NCBI GenBank assembly: GCA_964016885.1
Contig: OZ024742.1
Coordinates: 352,284,001-352,348,000 of the forward strand
Source: Eledone cirrhosa
Taxonomy: Eukaryota
Direction: 5' to 3'
Length of the DNA stretch: 64,000 nucleotides
Shown here piece by piece: positions 27,793 to 40,800 of the stretch. The stretch's first letter is position 1. Each line of letters starts with the position of its first letter. Below the pieces are notes generated by a model that was given only the letters and a program-made list of their open reading frames with translations, ran no database searches and was not told the DNA's origin. The position numbers were made by a program, and so were the translations under genes.

Positions 27793-27799
<7 letters not shown>
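23443..27799 (-). repeat. 525-bp tandem array (about 7.8 units plus an inverted 259-bp terminal segment), one HHR per unit, inserted in (TA)n
   Basis: Units start at 23443, 23968, 24494, 25019, 25544, 26069, 26594 and 27117. Segment 27541-27799 is the inverted continuation of the array. Confidence 0.95.
23562..23640 (-). ncRNA. Type I hammerhead ribozyme of the 525-bp unit (copies at about 24087, 24613, 25138, 25663, 26188 and 26712; core broken in the 27236 copy)
   Basis: TTCT-CTGATGA-TCGTTGC...CATTAA-TATC-CTCGT-GATA-T-TTAATG...GCACCGT-GAAAC-TGTACA-GTT-AGGG. Helix III lies in the palindrome AACTGTACAGTT, the triplet is GUU, and there is a U.U pair at 10.1/11.1. Confidence 0.75.
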
Positions 27800-27835
<36 letters not shown>

Positions 27836-27890
27836 ATGTATATATATATATGTATGTATCTATATATATATATATCTATATATATATATA

Positions 27891-28195
27891 CATCCCACCT
27901 TGTCTAAAATCTATGGCAAACTCCCTCGAGCCTCTGCCCTTCTAAAATCCCGGAGAGCTCAATTTGCTGGCCACTGTCACCGGGCCAGCAATGAAATCAT
28001 ATCCGCTCTCTTGCTCTGGAACCCTGACTCCAGCCTGACTAGGAGTAGGAAGCTGTCATTCCCTGACGTTATCTCTAGGGATACGGGAATCAGCAGACAG
28101 GACCTGGAGGCAGCGATGGGGGACAGGGGATTCTGGGGCACGAGAGTGAGATCCATCATCTCGACAGTAGTCGACGAGTGATGATGGTGAGGATA
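27891..28195 (+). mobile_element. RTE-like LINE 3' fragment
   Basis: RRAQFAGHCHR...LLLWNP...FPDVISRDTG...AMGDRGFW, followed by a GAT-repeat tail. Confidence 0.75.
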
Positions 28196-28222
28196 TATCT
28201 ATATATATAAAATGTGATAAAC

Positions 28223-28269
<47 letters not shown>

Positions 28270-29865
28270 CAGGTTTGTCATATTTTATCCTGAGTTCCAG
28301 GTTTGTCATATTTTATCCTAATTTCAGTTTTTTTCGTCGCTTTGGTCACTGCGGCCCACCTATCGGTCGCTGTCTTCAATTTGCAAAGCTGTCTAAACGT
28401 AATGTTATAACTCTAGGGTAATATACCCTATTGAGTGCTTACCTGTACACCCCGACTGCATTCATTAGCTTGGCTGCAACCAGAGCTTCGATGATGCTGT
28501 ACTAAATTTTGTATATATGTATATATTTATATATATATTTATATATATATATATACAAATATATATAAACACACACACACATATTTATTTATATATATCT
28601 CCTGTAAAGAAAAATACATACAGTTTGATAGTCCAAATTAGTATGTCATAATTTGTTTAATTAGCAATAAAAATATCCCGAGGCGAGACACACATGATTG
28701 AATTGACGATACATGAGTCATGTTATGTTCTAGAGAAAGACATCGGTGGGATAACAAGAAATTACCTACTAATGTCAGCAGACATTATTCTTTCGTCTTG
28801 CTGTACCTTCAGACGTAATTGTGGAAATAGAATAGAAAAATTATCTTCACAACCTTATTAGCTTCTACCGGAAACATTGTCATGAATCGATATAAACTCC
28901 GCAATGTCAAAGATTTTTTTGTAGATTGTAACTCGTTGAAAAATCTTCAATAAAGCAAGATATAGCATGAGATAAATTTGAAATTTTTTGTTTTTTCTTT
29001 AAATAACAATGTGTCAGTAAATTTGAGGACAAAAAAGTATCATATCGTATCTTTAAATCGCCGGTTTTCTCTTGAAATTCGGTTTTATTGAATCTTACTT
29101 GTGATACAAGCTTATAATTATATTTCATTTTACTTGTAAAAATCACGAATCACACCATCACAACAGAATCCTAGACTTATTTATTTAATATGTAAATATA
29201 TATTTCTTTCGTTCACTGGGGGCATTGAGTGTACTGATATCTCCCGCAAATCACTTATTTGGAGAAAATTATTTAATGCTTATGTTGTTCTTTACATATA
29301 TACATATTATGTGATTGTCATTTATTTGCCAATGGAACAATGTATGTTACTAAATTTCACCTTTATTTGTTTTACATTTACTTATAAATTTATACGTATA
29401 CACATTTACTATTAAACGGTTTGTACTAAGTTAATTCAATAAATACATTTAAATACCATTTGTCTTGAGAACAAACTATTAAAGAATTTGTGACGTCAAT
29501 ATTGGGATCGGTGATATCTGTATAAGATGAAGAAACACGTGATCAAGGTTCACTTGAAATAATCAAGGATCGCAGAAATAGGGTTGCTAATATATTTCCC
29601 CTGTACCGAACGGCAATGTTGCTCATTTTATTAGTTATTTTATGGACTGCACAGAATTAGTAACATCCATTTTAACGAAGCCGTCATGTAGCACGTCTTT
29701 GTATGTTTGCTTATTCACTCGTTTAAACCTGTTCTGAAAACTATTTACTTGTATGATGTTTTTGAAATATGCCTCTTTACCAGCAGTAGCCTCCACTTTG
29801 AAGAAGAGATCCCACTATAACATAATTTCATCTCATTCTATAGAACATATTGAATTGTGAAGGCT

Positions 29866-29996
29866 TAGTAGTTAGAGCATTGGGCTTACAATCCAAAGGT
29901 TGTGAGTTCAATTCTCGGACCGGGTGATGTATTGTTTCCCTGAGCAAGACACTTTATTTCACGTTGCTCCAGTTTACTCAGCTGTAGAAATGAGAT
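29866..29996 (+). mobile_element. tRNA-derived SINE head and core
   Basis: A-box-like TAGTAGTTAGAGC and B-box GAGTTCAATTC, followed by CCCTGAGCAAGACACTTTA. Confidence 0.65.
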
Positions 29997-30754
29997 GATA
30001 GGACTGGGGTCCCTATCGTTAAATAACCCAAGACACCTCCGAGATAGATCTTGGAGGAGGCCAGCTAAACCAGCATGGGTGTGAACTGTAACAACAACAA
30101 CAACATATTGACTCAAAACTGTAAATAGCAGAGGGTCACATCTTAATATGGCATATAAAAGTAGATTTTAAAATTAGTTTCGATACGGTGCTCAATTGCT
30201 GGATTCCCGAGTCTAAGATATTGTGATGGCAGATAATATAAGCATATTGATAAAATCTAGATTGAAATTTTGAATAAATAGTATGTACACACCGGTATAC
30301 ATACAATGGCTTTATATCCAATGAACCGACAGCATTTTCAGTACGGCAAATTTTCTCCATTGCTGGTTGTCACATTTTATAATAAATCTTTAATAGTGAG
30401 AAAGATGAAGTTGGGGTAAACATTTGGGAATGATGATTAAATCCTATGATATTGAAAGCAGTTCTCTTTTTATAGGCGATTAGACCGAGGAATGACATGT
30501 GGTGTTTAAATTGTGTAGTTTTCCACATGAAAAGTCGATTGTAACTATCTTCGAGTTACTGTCTGGTAAACATGACTGACACAGCTGATAACGTTTAATA
30601 ACGTTTACAATTATCTAATAATCCGGTTGTTTGAGGAGATATTGAATGAATTAATGAAGGAGATTTTAAACGATGAGAAGAGTGGGGTATGATTTTCTAT
30701 GCCGGAGATGTTCTAATTGAAATTGCAGCGTGAGCAGGCACCTTATCTTGTTGC

Positions 30755-31208
30755 AGTCCCTCGTCTGGGATGTCACTTACAGCGACACTTTCTCCAGTAG
30801 CAACCTGGTTCAGTCTGCGATAACCCAAGGTTCTGCTGCACGTTGGGCTGAGGAGGCCCAACTCTCCAAGTACCGGTCGCTCTCTGGCAGGATCACGGTC
30901 GTGCCCTTGACAGTGGAGACTTCTGGTGTCCTTGGCCTTATGGCTACCTCCCTATTCACCACAATAGGCGCTGAGCTAGCCAGCCGCATGTATGGGCCTC
31001 ATGCGTTGGAATGGCTCTTCCAGCGCATCTCCCTTACCATCCTGCGGGGAAACGCCTTCTCCATCCTGTCCGCCGTGGCTGTGGGGAGGCCATCACGTGG
31101 GACCTCATTTGCTCACCATAAGGATGAATAGGCAAAGTTATAAACTGTTGACATAACATGTTTATGTATAGCACATTTATTAAAATAAGATATACTAAAA
31201 AAAAAAAA
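30755..31208 (+). mobile_element. 3' fragment of a CRE-like RLE non-LTR retrotransposon with poly(A) end
   Basis: LVWDVT...AEEAQLSKY...VPLTVETSGVLG...QRISLTILRGNA is a restriction-like endonuclease C-terminus. An A-tract lies at about 31197-31208. Confidence 0.75.
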
Positions 31209-32199
31209 GCATCCAGAGTTAAGATTTCTTTAACGGAAGTAATGACTTGTCATGCCATGCGCAGATGCTCATGTGGTGACTTAGAGCTTCCAACCAATTA
31301 CTCGTCTTCCCATTTACTTCAATGTCCTTTATAACTTATTGGGGCCAATACCGAGATCGTCCCAAATACCTTTCTCCTTGAGGTAAATATTCTTTTTGAA
31401 AAATACGACGGTGGTTGAAAGGTGATAATCATCTATTTCAGCCAGGATCTGCTTATGATTGCTTTCTGCGGATCAAGAAATGTATTCGTGTGGCACTCTT
31501 CATATAGCTGTTTTGTCTCAAGGTCTTACTCGCAGAGCCGTGGTCCAGCTCTTGTTTATACAACGCCTGCCTCACTGTTCATCCTTTCATGACGATATTC
31601 GTCTTCAAGTACGAGGTTTGAATTTAACATTTTCAAAATCCTTACTTCTCAATAGAATGGCATTTCTATAAGCTTGTGTTAAAGGAGTAAATGTTGCCGT
31701 GGCAGATTTGTTAGGTTTCACCAACATTATCATCGGTAGAGGTTCGGATGTTTTTCCAGCATAGAGTTACGGCCCTTTGTGATCTGAGTTCAAATCCCGC
31801 CGAAGTTAACTTTGCCTTTCATCCTTACAGGTTCGATAAAATAAAGTACCAGTAATACACTGGGATAATTGCCGGCCGTGTGTCAAAGGTAGAAATAATT
31901 ATCATATACAGCTGTTATGTAATTTCCAGCATGATTAACTTAATAGAGGTTATAAACACTTGGTACAAAAGCAGCAATAACTCATGACAGCCTTAATCAA
32001 TCATGTCGAAATAAGTATGTATGTGCAGCCAACTTCATAGCAAACAGGGCTAAATGATCAATTCTCTGCTGTGCTCCAATGAGGTACATATGGAAATTAG
32101 TAACCTTACATATATAACAAATGTTTGAGACAGAAACACAAGGAAAATAATGACGGAATTTAGAATAACCATCTAACATTAGATGTTGAATGATTACAT

Positions 32200-33175
32200 C
32201 TACGACGAAGAAAAGGATGAAATAGGCCTATACAACTAGAAGTCTATTGTAAAATAACTAGTATAGGACTAAAGGATATTCAAACAAGAACAGAGGCAAT
32301 TTAATATAAATAGCCACAAAATATGAAAATGCAAACCCCACACGAAACATATTGTCTGTCTTCAGGTATGCTAAATATTTCAAAACTGATGCTAGCTAAA
32401 GTAAATACAAACAAAGTAAAGACATCACAGAAATGGTTAAAAATACGATCTAAATTTAACACAGTCGTCTAGAATAACATACTAAAACAGTAGGAAATAC
32501 CCTTACATGGTCAATGCAGGAAAACGATAAATAGAAAGGAAGTAGCCGATACATTAAACTTGCTAAGAAGCAGTTTTCTAAAAGCGGAAGCTGAGGGATT
32601 TCTAATTACAGCTGATGATGCCTCTCCAACAGAACCCAAGATAAGTATATCAGAATATGTGGTGGGAAGTAACCATATTATCTCTAGTTACACTGTCTTA
32701 GAAAATGTATATATCCACTGACATGAGAATGTTCGCAATTATAGACAGTGGACTTATACATATACTATAAAATAACAATAGAAATAGAGATGGTATAGAA
32801 ACAGAGACACATAGAATGGTATCAAATCAACTGATTGGATAGTATAATCAAAGACAGCAAAGAAAAGAAAATGTATTCTAGATGTATGAATCCCCATAAA
32901 CGTATGATCCAAATATAACGAACTGGATATAAAAATAACCCGAATGGGGTATGATGAACAAAAAACATACCTTTAAATATAGGTGCTCTTTGAATAATAA
33001 TAAAACAGACAGAAAGGTATATAGCTAAAGGCCCAGGAATCACAAATATATATATGGCTTTAAAAGAAATTGTCATTATTCAGATATTATGAAGAGTATT
33101 CATCAAGCAATAGATTCAAACATAAAAATAACATAGCATCTATCCAAGGTAAGGCAGACATTACACGCAATATCA
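32200..33175 (+). mobile_element. Highly degenerate R4/Dong-like non-LTR 3' fragment
   Basis: Broken motifs LHGQC, LKAEAEGFLITA, RICG...HIISS and IGAL. It ends at an (ACT)n tract. Confidence 0.5.
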
Positions 33176-33176
33176 T

Positions 33177-33217
<41 letters not shown>

Positions 33218-33249
33218 TGGCTACTGCTACTACTACTACTACTACTACA

Positions 33250-36200
33250 AATAATAATGGTTACATTTATTGGCCACAAGGGCCGACATATAGGACACAA
33301 TAAAATAGGTGCGGATAGAGGGTTGATTCAGGAACACCACAAATCCTGAATCACCCGCGGCCATGGCAGGCTCAGGCATCCACGTGGAGTGTGATGGCAG
33401 CAGATGGAACACCTGACCAACGGAACCTGTCCGCTCCTCAATAATTTGAAGAGGAGCCGTTCGAAGTTGGCGAGGCGCGGACGGGGGCAAAACACAACGG
33501 TCAGGTGGTAGTACATGACGGACCAGATGTACGCTTTCGCCACCTCCGCCCGACCTTTCAGTGATAGCTTCCTCGCACTCATTTCTGGGTGAGAATGGCT
33601 AACCAGCCAGTCACCTCGTCCCAATCAAACCCCGAGCAACTTTACCATCCCATCCGTCCAGCGCCCAACGATGCTATTGGACGCGATGGACTTGCCGCTC
33701 CAGTTGTCGAGTTGCAATCCCACTGAACTTTGTGGGTTAAATTTCGCTCTCCGTCAACATATCATATTCCTCCTACACGTTGCCGGCCACTTCCATTTCC
33801 AAGGTGTCCCACACCATAACGGTGTTGTCGAACGCATAAACCGACAGAGCCTGTCCGCGTCCCGGTTCCAGTGGGATGCCCTGCAACAGCTCCAGTTTCC
33901 GCAGTCAATGCTCGGGAGTCAATACGTACAGAAGGGAGGGGCGAGGGTTTCCCTGACGGACACACAGAAGATCTGAAACGGTTCCAAGAGGTGGCCATTC
34001 ACCTTGACCACCGTGCAGAGATCGCTATGCATTGCAGCGATCCAGCTTCTTAAGACAGGGTCGAAGCCAGCTGCCTCGAGGACAGACTCCAGGTACCGAT
34101 GGTCGACTCTATCGAATACTTTCGATTGATGCAAATTGATCAGAGCCCCACCGAAGTCAGGTTTACACACTACTTACCCTCTGTATGATGTATCGCATGA
34201 GGTGGATGTTGTCGTGCATGAACCTGGTCGGGATTGCGCAATTTTGCGCCTCCCAACCAGATCCTCGACGACAATCGCCAACCTCTTTGCTAACACCTTG
34301 GCCAACATCTTAAACTCTGTGTGGATTAGAGTTATGGGCCTGAAGTTATCTAATGTGTCCCTTTTCTCGTCTTTCCTTATCGTCAATCCGCCCAAGCTCA
34401 CAGAACTAGGAATAATCCCATTCTGCTACCAGTTGCAATAAAGCGATTCGAGGAGATTGGAGAATAAGTCTGACATATTTTCGTAAACCTCGTAGGGCTG
34501 ACCATCCAAACCGGATGACTTGGGCTTTCTGCAGCTGACAAGGCATCCTGAATTTAGGCTGAAGTTATCGGCCTTTCGCAGCGCTCAGCGTCGGCCGTCG
34601 AGCTAGGACTGAAGTCTCTGAACGAATAACTGAGCAAGGTGCTGACGAAAGGCCTCACACAACCGTTTGGAAGCGCTCAGCTCGTGTCCGTCTCAGTCCC
34701 TCAAAGACTGAACTGTGGTTTTATTACCACGCTATGTCTCTGCCACGCGGTCCCATTGAACAGCTTTTGTTCTCTCGTTTCTCAGAGCAGGCGCCTTAGC
34801 TCTGAAAATGCAACCTTTGTGTTGCTAGCACATCGGTTGCAATGCCACTACAAATAGCTACATCTAACTCAGCTACCAGCTCCACCTCGTTTCTATTTTT
34901 CTCTAACGTTACTTCTTTGCTAAACCCATCGAAATTACTATAATCTGTCTTTGAGAGCCCCCCGCAACACGTTGTTGACGAGCCCCACCACCTCCACATC
35001 AACTTTTGCTTAACTAAATTATTGACCCGGCCCCTGTAAGTATTACGCGCCGGAAACAACATGTTCATCTTCCAGTAACCAGGTCCTAACTTACGCGTCT
35101 TATCTAGGTCGAGAATACAGATCACAAACTTGTGATCTGAATAGGCGACCGTTTTAAAACGTGGACACTCAATACTATTTCTATCAATTTTCCCAATGAA
35201 GATCCTATCTATATACGATCAGGATGACCCTATGCGGGTGGTCCAGATCCATACTGGTGCATTAGAGAAATCTACTCGGTACCTGTCGGACAGTTGTAAC
35301 TGGCTGATCAGGTACTTGAGCCTGTTGCACGCCCCGCTCCTATCGGCTACTCCCACATAAACCCAGCGTGTGTATAAGATGCCGTTCCAGTCCCCCGCTA
35401 ACTGTAATGTGTTAGACGTACCCAGAAAATCTTCCAGGTGTATAAAATGTTCGGCCGCCCGGCACCGGTAGGCGCCTAGATGGCCAAGAGTCTAAAGGCA
35501 CAACCTTCGCTATTGTTCACGTCTAGGACCACCAAATTACCGTTCAGGTCCCGGAAGATCGACCTTACCTCGAGATCCAGGCCTTTCCTAAAAAGCACTG
35601 CCACTCCACCTCCCATTCCCGGCTAACATGCAAATATTTGATATTGTGGAAAATCTCTCCCACTTTCTCAATGTCTTTACTTTGTGTTGCAAGGGCCATC
35701 AGTTGTTTGTTGGCCATCCCTAGTAATGCGAAGTTGGGTCTGTCTGTTGTTGTTGGTATCTGCCTGTGTTTATTTTTTGTTTGGGATAACTTGTGCTTGT
35801 GTCGGTGACGGTTGTGGAGTTGATGTTGCTATTGGTGTGTCTGTATTTGCTGTAGGTGTGTTTTGTGTGCTTGTTGGTGTGTGTGGACTGTTTCTTTTTC
35901 TTTTTGTGCTTTATTTTTGCCTTTTGGCTTTTTGAGGTTTCCCCTCATCTCCACTCGGAGAAGTGGAGGAACTGGTGTCTGGAGACTATGTGCCAGAGGA
36001 CAGTGGGAGTGTGTTTATGAGCGTGTGTGTTTTGTTCTGTGTGGATGTGTTTGAAAGAGAGGGAGAGGTCATTTGGGCGACAACCTGGGTGCATTTAATT
36101 GTCTATAATGGTGTTAATAGTGTTGTTTCATTTTCTGTTGCTGCTGGTGTTGTCCCTCCGCATGACACTGGTGTTGGAAGCAATGGAGTTTTGTGGACTC

Positions 36201-37577
36201 CTGCAGATTTCAATTGGGCGCATAAAGGCTCGCAGGTATGTGGCTTCACCACACAGGAAATTATGCGGCCGTTTGGCCTCCGTCACTAGCCCTATTTCCT
36301 ACCCGTTCTGTAGTTTGATGTGGTCCAGTATGTTTTTTTGTCTTCGGGTCTGATTTGGAGAAGAACCTCCGAACCAGTCCCTAACCAAGTCTCTTTCTTT
36401 GTAAATTTAACGTCAAGGAGGTTTTCAGGGCCCTCTACCGCCACGCAGCCCAGGAGCCACCATAAATCCAGTCCTGGCGGAATCCTGGGTACACGGACCT
36501 TTGCTGTTCTCCTCCCCATGTAGGACGGGTACAAAATGTTTTGGTCCGTTTTGAAGGGGACCATAGAATGTTTTATAGCAAGGGCATCAGTTTTGAATAG
36601 CACCAAGATTTGTTTGGCCCTTTTTATAAGGTCTAAATCAATATTTTCGATGCATTCAGTGCTGCCTCTACCTGTCTTTCGGCGGTGTTCTCGGTCTTTG
36701 GAGATTTGACCAAAATACCTCGATATTTTAGAGTTCTCCTCTCCTTTGCTGCCATTACCGCTGCCGGGACGTTTAATATGGCCCAGTTTTTCTATATTGT
36801 AATAATTTTTTCAGCTTGGGCCAAACGTTCCTTTTAAGGTCAATTCGTACAGCGTTTGGCTTTTTGCTACCTGTGGTCGTGAAAATACTCATGTTGTTGA
36901 TGCTGTTGTTGTTATCGTTCTTTTTGCTGCTATTTTGCTGTTTGTCGTTCACTATATTGTTGGTAGTGTTGCTGTCGGTGACATTGTTGTTGTTGTTGTT
37001 GTTGTTCTCGGTGCAGTTGTTGTTGTTGTTGCTTTCTTGCCTTTTTTCTTTGTTACCTTTGGTGATATCGTTATTCCTGTTCTTGTTGTTGTACATTCCG
37101 GGGTCGTTTTTGTGTCATCGTTTCTTGTGTCTCTGTTTTGGTCGTCGCTGTTAGAGCTGTTGCCTTTGTTGTTAACGTCAATGTTCCCACGTTTGCTGTT
37201 GATGCTGTTATTGTTCATGTTATTTTTGTTGGTGTTGTTAAATTTGTTGCTGCTATATGTTTTTGTTTTATATATTTTTATGTCTGCCATGTCCCCCCTC
37301 TCAATATTTAAGCCGCTATCACACGACACCAGATACATGGTTGTGGGCATGGCCCTGCCATGTTTTGTATTGCTTTGTATTTTTCCGAAAAAATGTTTAT
37401 GCAAAATTCAAATAACTGCAACATGCCCAAATATTATAGTTTCTCTCTTTCACAAGCCAAGGGCGGATGTCTCACGAACCTTTTGCCAAAAATATAGCAA
37501 TCAATACAATTGAAAACATCTTGAAATTGACTACATTTTGGAACTCACAAAAAACACGCTTTCATTGTCTGACAGCC
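33250..37577 (-). mobile_element. Degenerate, internally deleted Tx1/L1-clade LINE (copy 1)
   Basis: ORF1 remnants (36292-37404) and EN/RT remnants (GPGYWK, NFRPITL, QSKVFDRVDH) are homologous to copy 2. The two copies share the 3' terminus TTTATTGGCCACAAGGGCCGAC. Confidence 0.85.
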
Positions 37578-37800
37578 AATAATAATGATTTCTCGTATAG
37601 GCACCAGGTCAGTAATTTGGGGGCGCGGAAAGTTGATTAAATTGACCACAGTACGTTACTGGTGCTTTATTTTATCGACCCCGTAAGCATGAAAAAAGGC
37701 AGAGTTAACCTCGGTTGGATTTGAACTCAGACCGTAATGGGACGTAATTATTTGCTGCAAAGCATAGCGACCGACCCACTACTGCTAATTCAACGCCCTT

Positions 37801-40800
37801 TATAATAATAATAATAATGATTTCATTTATTGGCCACAAGGGCCGACCTATAGGGGACAATACAAAAGACTGGGACAGTGGGGTTTTACAGAAAAATCGA
37901 GTAAATAATATGAATAAACAAAGTAAAATAACAAAGTAACAATAAAGTAACAAGAAAATTACAACAAGATAACATTCCCCAATAGGGGGGATGACCACCT
38001 AGGGTTTGCTCAGGTACCCCACCAGTCCTGAACGACCCGACGCTTCGAGAGAACCCTGGAAGGGCACCCCTCTCCTCTTCAAATTTACCTACCTACAGCC
38101 GCATGACCAGAGTAGGCCCACTCACACGGGCCATTCTCGCCACATTCATCCACCTTTCATCAATTGTACTGGGGGGCAGCACTATCTCTCCACCCTCACC
38201 TACCTTTCCAAGTGAAACTTGAACAAGTTGATGAGGGATTGGCCGAAGAGAAACGTGTCTGTCTTCAGTCCTTTCAAACTCGTCCACCATACAACCTCTT
38301 TCGCTACTGCCACCAGACAGAGTAAAATTGCCTGCCCTTCCTGGCCAAAAGAAGGCGGCGGGTCAATCTTCACTATGGACTCGGCCGATAGCCGGATCCG
38401 TTCAACACGTGACAACAGCTGTTCAACATAACTCCACAAGTCAGTAATGCACGGACACTGGACGAGTGCGTGCAGAACGGTTTCATCGTTCTGCGCGCAT
38501 CTCGCGCAGGTCCGTCTGAGACCACTTCCGTGCCTGTAGAGTTTATCTCGAATGGCAGTGCCCACCGGTAGCACAGCCAAGCGAGGGATTTTTGGAAATT
38601 ATCCATCGTCCCCGGCTCGAAAGTCCTCCGGTACAGACTGGTTGGTCGACTTCGTTGACTCCCAGAGCCTCTCCGAGTGCGTCGTCGCACTTGCCCACCA
38701 CTAATCCTCTATAGAACTCGAGAGTGGAAGTTCCACTGACCCGCACTGCCCGCCTGGTAGAGGGCAGTGAGTGCCTGGCAACATTCCAGATGCCAGTCAC
38801 CCAGTCTCAGTCTCGTCTTGACCCCGGACTGCAACTCTGTCAAAGAAACGAGCTGCGGAAAGGCCCGTCTGACCAACGGCGACCACACCTGTTCACTGTT
38901 TAGGCAGAATATCTGGAGATGCCGCAGCCTCAGCGCGTGCCTACGCATCATTAGCTACGGCATGCCCAGCGCTCCACGTAGGGGGTGCTGGCATCAGAAT
39001 GACCGCGTCACCAGCGGAACCTGACCCCTCCACAAGAATTTGAAGAGGAGTCGCTCCAACATGGCGAGGCGCGAACGGGGGCAAGGGACGACAGTCAGAC
39101 GGTAGTAGATGACGGACGCGATGTACGCGTTCGCCACCTCCGCCCGCCCTTTCAGTGATAGCTTCATCCCAGCCCATTTCTGGGTGAGACTGGCTACTCT
39201 GCCCGTCACCTCGTCCCAATTCTTATCCCACCTGGGGGTCTGGCCTGAACCAAACCCCTAGCAACTTTACCGGTCCGTCCATCCAGCGCCTAACGACTCT
39301 GTCGGACGGCATGGACTAGCCTCTCCAGGTGCCGAGTTGCAAGCCCACCGACTTTTCCGAGTTAAGTTTTGCTCCCGTCAACCTTTCATATTCCTCCAAT
39401 AAGTTGCCGACCACCTCGATTTCTGAGGTGTCCGACACCATCACGGTGATGTCGTCCGCATAAGCCGACACAGCCTTTCCGCGTCCCAGCTTCCGCAGTA
39501 AAGGCTCGAGAGTCAATACGTAGGGAAGGGAGGAGAGATGCCACACTTGACGGACCGATCGGGAGACCTGAAACGGTTCCGAGAGGTGGCTATTAATTTT
39601 GACCATCGAGCAGGTGCCGCTGTGCATTGCAGCGATCCAGCTTCTGAAGACTGGGCCGAAGCCAGCCGCCTTGAGGACAGCCTCCAGGTACTGATGGTCG
39701 ACCTTATCGAAGGCTTTCGATTGATCTAAATTGATCAGAGCGCCACCAAAGCCAGGTTTACACCTGACCCTCTCTATGATGTATCGCATTAGGTGGAGGT
39801 TGTCGTGTATGCACCTGGTTGGGATTGCGCAAGTTTGCGCCTCCCGAACCAAATCCCCGACGACAAGTGCCAACTTCTTCGCTAACACCCTGGCCAAAAT
39901 CTTAAATTCTGTGTTGAGCAGAGTTATGGGCCTGAAATTGTCTAATGTGTCCCTCTTGTTCTCGTCTTTCCTTATCAGCGTCACTACGCCCCGGCTCACA
40001 GAACTGGGAATACTCCCGTTTTGCTGCCAGTTGCAGTAGAGCACTTCGAGGAGATTGGAGAACAAGTCTGGCATATTTACGTAAAGCTCGTAGGGTAGAC
40101 CATCCAAACCGGGTGACTTGCGTCTCATGCAGCCTACCAGGGCATCCTGAATCTCGGCTGAAGTAATTGGTCTTTCGCAGCACCCAGCGTCAGTCGTCGA
40201 GAGTTGCGGCAAGCCATCGATGTAGGGACTGAAGTCCGCCACCATCTCTGACCCGCCACATCCCCCGAACAACCGAGCAAAATGTTGGCGAAAGGCCTCA
40301 CACATCCTCTTGGAATCGCTCAGCTCGAGCCCGTTTCGGTCCGTCAAAGACCGTATCGTGGCTTTATTACCACGCTGCGCCTCTGCCACGGGGGCCCATC
40401 GAACAGCTTTGGTTCCCTCGTTTCTCAGAGACGCGCCTTATCTCTGACAATGCAACCTTCGTGTTTCGCTTTGAAGAAATGGTCTAATGCCGTTCTCGCC
40501 GCTAGTACATCAGTTGCAATGCCACTACCAATAGCCTCGTCTAACTTATCTACCAACTCTCCCTCATTTCTATTTTTCACGAATACTACTTCTTTGCTAA
40601 ACTCTATCGACATTACTCTATCTCTTTTGAGAGCCCCCCTCCCCCCCAAATCATCTATTGTTGACGACTCCACCTGTCAAATTTTTCTTAACTAAATTTT
40701 TGATCTGGTCCCTGTAAGCCTTACGTGCCGGAAATGACATGTTTAGCTTCCAGTAACCAGGTCCAAACCTACGCGTCTTATCTAGGTCCACCATACAGAT

